Assembly: GCA_944332295.1 (NCBI GenBank)
Contig: CALVJR010000004.1
Span: forward strand, 4,157-68,156
Direction: 5' to 3'
Length of the DNA: 64,000 nucleotides
DNA from: an uncultured Bacilli bacterium
Lineage (GTDB): Bacteria; Bacillota_I; Bacilli_A; RF39; UBA660
The position numbers were made by a program, and so were the translations under genes. Shown piece after piece: positions 58,948-64,000 of the stretch (position 1 is the stretch's first letter; each line of letters starts with the position of its first letter). A model generated the notes under the pieces. That model ran no database searches and was not told where the DNA came from. It worked only from the letters and a program-made list of their open reading frames with translations.

Positions 58948-59889
58948 TTACAGCATATTTTTCTTCTTTAATAATAATGCAACTAATAATGATACTACAA
59001 CTGCAATAATTATGACTAAAATAAAGGCATTGTCTTTACCAGCAAAGCTTCCTAGTGATACATTCATTCCTAAGAAGGAAGAAATCATGGTTGGTATAGA
59101 TAGTACAATAGTTGCGGCTGCTAAAAACTTCATAGCAATATTTAGATTATTAGATATAATTGTTGCATACGTATCTGTAATAGAAGATAAGATATCTTTA
59201 TAGATTCCACTCATTTCGATTGCTTGTTTATTTTCAATAATTGCATCTTCTAATAAATCTAGGTCTCCTTCATATAAGGGAAGAATAATACCTTTTGCTA
59301 GTTTTTCTAGTACTGCATCATTGGCCTTTAGAGATGTCATGAAATATACTAATGTCTTTTCAATATCTAATAGTTCTATTAAGTCTTTATTTTCTGTTGT
59401 CTTTTTTAATACTTTTTCTTTTGTTTCAATATCTGCATTAATTTCTTTTAAGGCTTTTAGATAGTTTGATGCACTTTTTAATAATATTTGTATTAAGAAT
59501 CTTGTCTTTTTAGCTGTTCTAAAATCTTTTACTTTATTTCGTTTAAAGTCATTTAGAAGAGTGGTCTTTTTTACTGATACGGTAATAATATAGTTATTAT
59601 TTGTGATAATAATACCAAGTGGATATGTTTTATATTTATGTTCCCCTTCATTTTCTAGATAGGGAATATCAATGACAATTAAGGTAGCATTATCTTCTTG
59701 TTCTACTCTGGGTAATTCTTCCGTGTCTAGCAGCTTCATAATTAAGTCTTTATCTACTCCAGTTCTATTTGCTACTTTATCAATTTCATCTGGTGCTGGC
59801 ATAATTAGGTCTATCCAGCAATCAGCAGTCATTTTCTTTACTTTTTTTGCTTTCTTTTCTACTGCGCTAGTTTTATAAATTTTTAGCAT
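58948..59889 (-). CDS. corA: CorA-family magnesium transporter
   Basis: GMN motif (FLGMNVSL) between two C-terminal TM helices. Confidence 0.85.
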   Translation of the reverse strand: MLKIYKTSAVEKKAKKVKKMTADCWIDLIMPAPDEIDKVANRTGVDKDLIMKLLDTEELPRVEQEDNATLIVIDIPYLENEGEHKYKTYPLGIIITNNNYIITVSVKKTTLLNDFKRNKVKDFRTAKKTRFLIQILLKSASNYLKALKEINADIETKEKVLKKTTENKDLIELLDIEKTLVYFMTSLKANDAVLEKLAKGIILPLYEGDLDLLEDAIIENKQAIEMSGIYKDILSSITDTYATIISNNLNIAMKFLAAATIVLSIPTMISSFLGMNVSLGSFAGKDNAFILVIIIAVVVSLLVALLLKKKNML

Positions 59890-59965
59890 AATAACACTCC
59901 CTTCTTTTCAATTCTATATATTATATCACAATTCTTGCTAATATTTACTTTTTTTAGTGATAAAA

Positions 59966-61462
59966 TTACTGATTTTTGGGAGGTTTTAGCTCTTTTACTT
60001 TGACAAAATGAGGTTTTTCGTTACTATCTTTTCTTTTTTTCCACTCTTCTTGTAATTGATAATAATGATATCTGTTTAATTTTTTATATTGTCCTAAATA
60101 TTGATCTTGTATTTCTTGCTGATATAAAGGAGTAGTATGGTATGTAGTATATAATTCATTTAAGCGGACTTTATATTTCATTAATGTAGAAGTTACCTCT
60201 TCTTCGCTTTGGATATTTCTTCTTCCTTCTGTATTACAGCTTGCTATCATATTAACTATTTCTTGTTTAGGAATTCTAGTAATATCTTGTGTCTGTAATC
60301 TTTCCTGCCTTTTTCTTATCTCTGTTATCGCGGGTGTTAATGCTCGTTCTTGTTTTTCAATCATGCCTTTTACCGCATTATAGTTTCTTTCACTACATAA
60401 GCCATTGGCAAGATCTAGAGAAAGTATGCGATATTCTTCTACTGATGGTATTTTGTCTATCTTACTAATATTAATATTTGCTTGATTTTTATCATAAAAA
60501 TCTTGATATATGGTTTTTTGTTCATTTAATTTGCCAGTTAATACTATTTCTCTTTTTAATCTTTTTTTTCTAGTTACTGTTGCTAAAACTTTGGCTTGTT
60601 CTATTATTTCTTTTAATGATAAGTCTTGGTTGTTAGAAAGTAAATTTATATAAACATACCAAGGATTATATCTACCATTTGTCATTACTATATTTTCTTG
60701 ATAGTAATCTAATAATAGTTCCCAGAATGCTTCTTCTTGTCTAGTATCTTGTTTATTTTCTATGAACGGTAACATAATTTTACTTATTTTATCGACTATT
60801 CCTTGATGTTTTAACATATGTAATACTAAATCTTCATCATTTTCCATTCTATACCTAATATCTTCTGAAATTTCTCCTAAAGACTGTAACTCATCATATG
60901 TTAAGTAGATTGCTAGCGATGAATATCTTTTTGTGTCATCTTCAAATAAATATGTCTTATCTTCAAATAGATGCGTTTGATCTGCAAATTGTACTAGCTG
61001 ATTCGGTGTCATTATTATTTCACAACTACCATCTGGATTGATTGTTGCCATTTTATTTTGCTCATAATTTGATTCTCCTAGTGATCGCCACTTTTCTTTA
61101 CTTTTGCAGCTTTCAAATTCTCCTTTTGAAATTGCTTGGGAAGGAATTACAGTATGTTTGCTATAGGTAAACACTAAACAGTCTACTGGTCGATAAATAG
61201 CACCTGGTATTGTTTGCTCGCGATAACTATATTTTGCTTTCATAAGTAATTCTTCCATCAGAGTTGGTTCTGGTATGGCTTTTTCTTGATAATTATCCTT
61301 TTTTTCCAGTGTTTGTGCTAATGTTTCTTCTGATACAGTATCATTATTTTTTATCTTTTGCCATATTTTTTTTATTTCTTCTAGTAATTCTTGTTCTTTT
61401 TCCGGATGATTTCTTATGTATTCTATTACATCCATTAGCATTTCGTAATCTTTCTTTTGCAT
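59966..61462 (-). CDS. hypothetical protein (498 aa)
   Basis: Clean ORF. No motif recognised. Confidence 0.5.
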   Translation of the reverse strand: MQKKDYEMLMDVIEYIRNHPEKEQELLEEIKKIWQKIKNNDTVSEETLAQTLEKKDNYQEKAIPEPTLMEELLMKAKYSYREQTIPGAIYRPVDCLVFTYSKHTVIPSQAISKGEFESCKSKEKWRSLGESNYEQNKMATINPDGSCEIIMTPNQLVQFADQTHLFEDKTYLFEDDTKRYSSLAIYLTYDELQSLGEISEDIRYRMENDEDLVLHMLKHQGIVDKISKIMLPFIENKQDTRQEEAFWELLLDYYQENIVMTNGRYNPWYVYINLLSNNQDLSLKEIIEQAKVLATVTRKKRLKREIVLTGKLNEQKTIYQDFYDKNQANINISKIDKIPSVEEYRILSLDLANGLCSERNYNAVKGMIEKQERALTPAITEIRKRQERLQTQDITRIPKQEIVNMIASCNTEGRRNIQSEEEVTSTLMKYKVRLNELYTTYHTTPLYQQEIQDQYLGQYKKLNRYHYYQLQEEWKKRKDSNEKPHFVKVKELKPPKNQ

Positions 61463-61604
61463 GGTATCACCTCATTTATAAGATATTTTATCATATTATT
61501 TAGAAGATTTAACTTTTTATAGGGCCATTATCTTTATTTCATAATTATTTAACATTTACTTTCGAACTTTTATTAAAAAAAAGCAACACCCTAGGGTATT
61601 ACTT

Positions 61605-62738
61605 TTATTCACTAGCACTTAATTTTACATCAACAGTATGTTCTTCTCCATCTCTAATATAGGTTACTTGGATAGTATCTCCTGCTTGATGTTGATATAA
61701 TTCGTATCTTAAGTAAGCGAAATCTTCTACTTCTTTTCCATCAATTTTAGTAATAACATCACCTGTTGTTAGTCCAGCATCATAAGCACCTGATCCTTCT
61801 TCTGCTTGTACTACAACAACACCTTCTGTAATATTTCTATCAATTATAATTCTATTCCTATAAAGTCCTGCTGAATCACTTGCGTTTACCATAGAAATAC
61901 CTAATACTGGCCAAGCAATATCTTCGCCTTTTTCAAGTGTTTCAATATGATTCATTGCATATTCGATTGGAATTGCAAATCCCATACCTTCTATTTCTTC
62001 TGATGCTAATTTTAGAGAACAAATACCAATTACTTCTCCATTTGCATTTAATAATGGTCCTCCACTATTTCCAGGATTAATAGATGCATCAAATTGTAGT
62101 ACACGCATTACCCAATCGTTGCTATAGCCAGTGTAGTCTTCAAAAGTATTGTTAGAGGTACTAACAGATACCATACGATCTTTTCCCGAAAGGACTCCAG
62201 ATGTTACAGTTCCTTGGAACTCTTCTCCCATGGGAGTTCCTACCGTAAAGATAGTATCTCCTAGTTTCATTTCTTCACTACTTCCTATGTTAGCAACCAT
62301 GGTAACATTACTTTTATCAATTCTAAGTACTGCTAAATCTAGGTATTGATCTCCACCTAGTACTGTGGCTTCTGCTTCTGTATCATTTGACATCGTTACC
62401 GTTACTTTATCTGCTCCATCTACTACGTGGTAGTTGGTTAATAAATATCCATAATTATTATCTGTTTTATAGACGAAGGCAGATCCTGTTGAGGTTAATG
62501 TATTTTTTTGATAAGAAGAAACCATGGCAACTGCATCATATATTTTGTCTACTGCAGCTGCTAAAGAACTCTTTTCATATACTTGAGTATCGTTTCTTGT
62601 TACAACGGTATTTCCATTCGTTCCTAATACTTCACTTACTAATGGTGTCCATTTTAATAAAGCAAACATTATAATTCCGCCCATGACAAATGAAAATACT
62701 ATTAAAAATATTGTTTTTATATTTTCTTTCTTTTTCAC
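61605..62738 (-). CDS. htrA: HtrA/DegP-family serine protease with PDZ domain
   Basis: N-terminal TM, NYHVV (His), D, GNSGGPLLN (Ser), and a C-terminal PDZ. GTG start overlapping the upstream stop (GTGA). Confidence 0.9.
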   Translation of the reverse strand: MKKKENIKTIFLIVFSFVMGGIIMFALLKWTPLVSEVLGTNGNTVVTRNDTQVYEKSSLAAAVDKIYDAVAMVSSYQKNTLTSTGSAFVYKTDNNYGYLLTNYHVVDGADKVTVTMSNDTEAEATVLGGDQYLDLAVLRIDKSNVTMVANIGSSEEMKLGDTIFTVGTPMGEEFQGTVTSGVLSGKDRMVSVSTSNNTFEDYTGYSNDWVMRVLQFDASINPGNSGGPLLNANGEVIGICSLKLASEEIEGMGFAIPIEYAMNHIETLEKGEDIAWPVLGISMVNASDSAGLYRNRIIIDRNITEGVVVVQAEEGSGAYDAGLTTGDVITKIDGKEVEDFAYLRYELYQHQAGDTIQVTYIRDGEEHTVDVKLSASE

Positions 62739-63685
62739 TCTTTATCTACGCTCCTTTCGATTCCTGCTAAATCTTTCCAATTTTCAGGGAATCCCATTCT
62801 ATTTAATACTTTTTCTATTTTTATTGATGTCAAATTATAGTTCAATGTCTGAACTACATTTTCTAATTCTATGGTCATATTTTTAAAGTCCTCTGTTAAT
62901 AGCATCTGACGCATAATAATTAGAAGTGCAAATAAATCTGACTTACCATATATATATTCTCCATTTTCTTTTGGTATATCCAATATTTGATGATATATGG
63001 TGTCATCAATTTGTTTTTGAGTTCTATTTTCATAAAGAATATCTTCATGGGCACATAAATTTCTATAATTGGCAAGTATTGGTAAGTATACCAAAAGATC
63101 ATCTACATCAACATTATAAATTTTTCCAATTTCTTCTTGGTCTTCTGGCTTTAAGATAGAAAACATTTCACTTACAATTCCAAATGACAATACTTTTACT
63201 AATATCCATAGTGGAATATAGCCATAGTTAGATACATAATGAAGAGTGGCTGAATGCTGACTACCATTGACTCTTATTTGCCTTTTCATCTTTTTTAATA
63301 AGTCATTCACTTGTCTTTGTCTTTCTGGATTATGAGTAAAGTTTTTTGTTTTTAAGTAATCTCTCTCCCTATATCCATATTTTTTAGACAGTTGATAAGA
63401 TGTAATTGATTTTAAGTTGTTTTCAATTACTAATAAATATTTAAATATTACATTACGAAATGAACGATCAAATAAGAATAAGCTATAAAGTTCTTCAAAA
63501 GTTGTTCCTTTGATAAACGCTTTTTCTTTATCTGACTTATAAAAAAGATGTCTGTAGCCATTTAAGAAAAAATAATTTTCTCTTAATAGCACTTGTTTTG
63601 CATATTTCTCATCATTAATTATTAAACCTTTGTGTTTAAATATTTCAATTTGTTCATCTAGATTTTTAAATTGTTTCTCTATCAT
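62735..63685 (-). CDS. Abi_2 (AbiD/AbiF-like) abortive-infection family protein
   Basis: The N-terminus LDEQIEIFKHKGLII and NYFFLNGY is typical of Abi_2. HEPN-type YRNLCAH (Rx4H). Confidence 0.75.
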   Translation of the reverse strand: MIEKQFKNLDEQIEIFKHKGLIINDEKYAKQVLLRENYFFLNGYRHLFYKSDKEKAFIKGTTFEELYSLFLFDRSFRNVIFKYLLVIENNLKSITSYQLSKKYGYRERDYLKTKNFTHNPERQRQVNDLLKKMKRQIRVNGSQHSATLHYVSNYGYIPLWILVKVLSFGIVSEMFSILKPEDQEEIGKIYNVDVDDLLVYLPILANYRNLCAHEDILYENRTQKQIDDTIYHQILDIPKENGEYIYGKSDLFALLIIMRQMLLTEDFKNMTIELENVVQTLNYNLTSIKIEKVLNRMGFPENWKDLAGIERSVDKE

Positions 63686-63790
63686 AATCTCACCTAGTAT
63701 TGATTATACCATATTCTTCCTTGAAAAGTATGAAAATTTTGTGAATTTGTATGGTATAATAAAACTAATATTTTGATTAGGAGGGATAGA

Positions 63791-64000
63791 ATGCCAGCTA
63801 CTGTAACTCATGCCTATTTTTCTAGTGATGTTTATGATATTTTACCTAGTCATATTAAAGATAAAATTTCACTTTCTAGAATAAAGATGTTTGGTCAGGG
63901 AACTGATCCACTTATGTTTTACCATTTATTTTCCTTTAAATCAGGGAAAAATATTCGAGCATTACAAGGTATTTGTCATAAACAATATACTAGAGATTTC
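63791..64000 (+). CDS. partial CDS, zinc-dependent phospholipase C-like family (3' end beyond the window)
   Basis: My own translation is MPATVTHAYFSSDVYDILP..., open to the window end. AGGAGGG RBS. The family call is from N-terminal T-H-x-x-F resemblance only. Confidence 0.4.
   Translation, partial: MPATVTHAYFSSDVYDILPSHIKDKISLSRIKMFGQGTDPLMFYHLFSFKSGKNIRALQGICHKQYTRDF

Noticed and set aside
1-64000. Search for CRISPR arrays, rRNA, intact tRNAs, and IS elements with transposase genes.
   Set aside because: I found no regularly spaced direct repeats, no rRNA-like conserved blocks, no foldable cloverleaf, and no DDE transposase-like ORF. The only recombinase seen is the serine recombinase at 40267..41841.

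Overview
AT-rich, low-GC Bacillota (Firmicutes)-like chromosomal segment with about 60 protein genes, most on the minus strand. I saw no rRNA, no intact tRNA and no CRISPR array. The backbone is ordinary metabolism, transport and envelope: adhE, an SDR, a SNF2/SWIM helicase, a Zn/Cd-type P1B ATPase with an HMA chaperone and a CzrA-like repressor, a Ca-ATPase, a radical SAM/thiol-redox cluster, a YtrA-type ABC operon, a short Rel, a GH25 lysozyme, a CcdA-thioredoxin fusion, an ABC exporter, CorA and HtrA. The stand-out is an 11,062-bp integrated element (about 38203..49264) that splits a CwlC-like Amidase_3/LysM amidase gene. Joining the two fragments at a GA dinucleotide present at both junctions restores one in-frame gene. 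The element carries a large serine recombinase and TnpV (Tn4451/Tn5397-like), an HTH-Fic protein, and a six-gene co-directional, defence-like cargo. That cargo is T5orf172/GIY-YIG-like, N6-adenine MTase and DUF262-HNH nuclease, followed by a translationally overlapping three-gene cassette. Two of the cassette proteins carry Rx4H HEPN-type motifs and the third looks like a classical HEPN fold. This cassette is my best candidate for an undescribed system. Secondary items are an Abi_2 gene overlapping htrA, a cold-shock-like small ORF overlapping a 764-aa orphan, a decayed tRNA-Trp-like remnant next to a partial C5-MTase, and a frameshifted YitT-like gene. All functional calls rest on motifs read by eye; no database search was possible.
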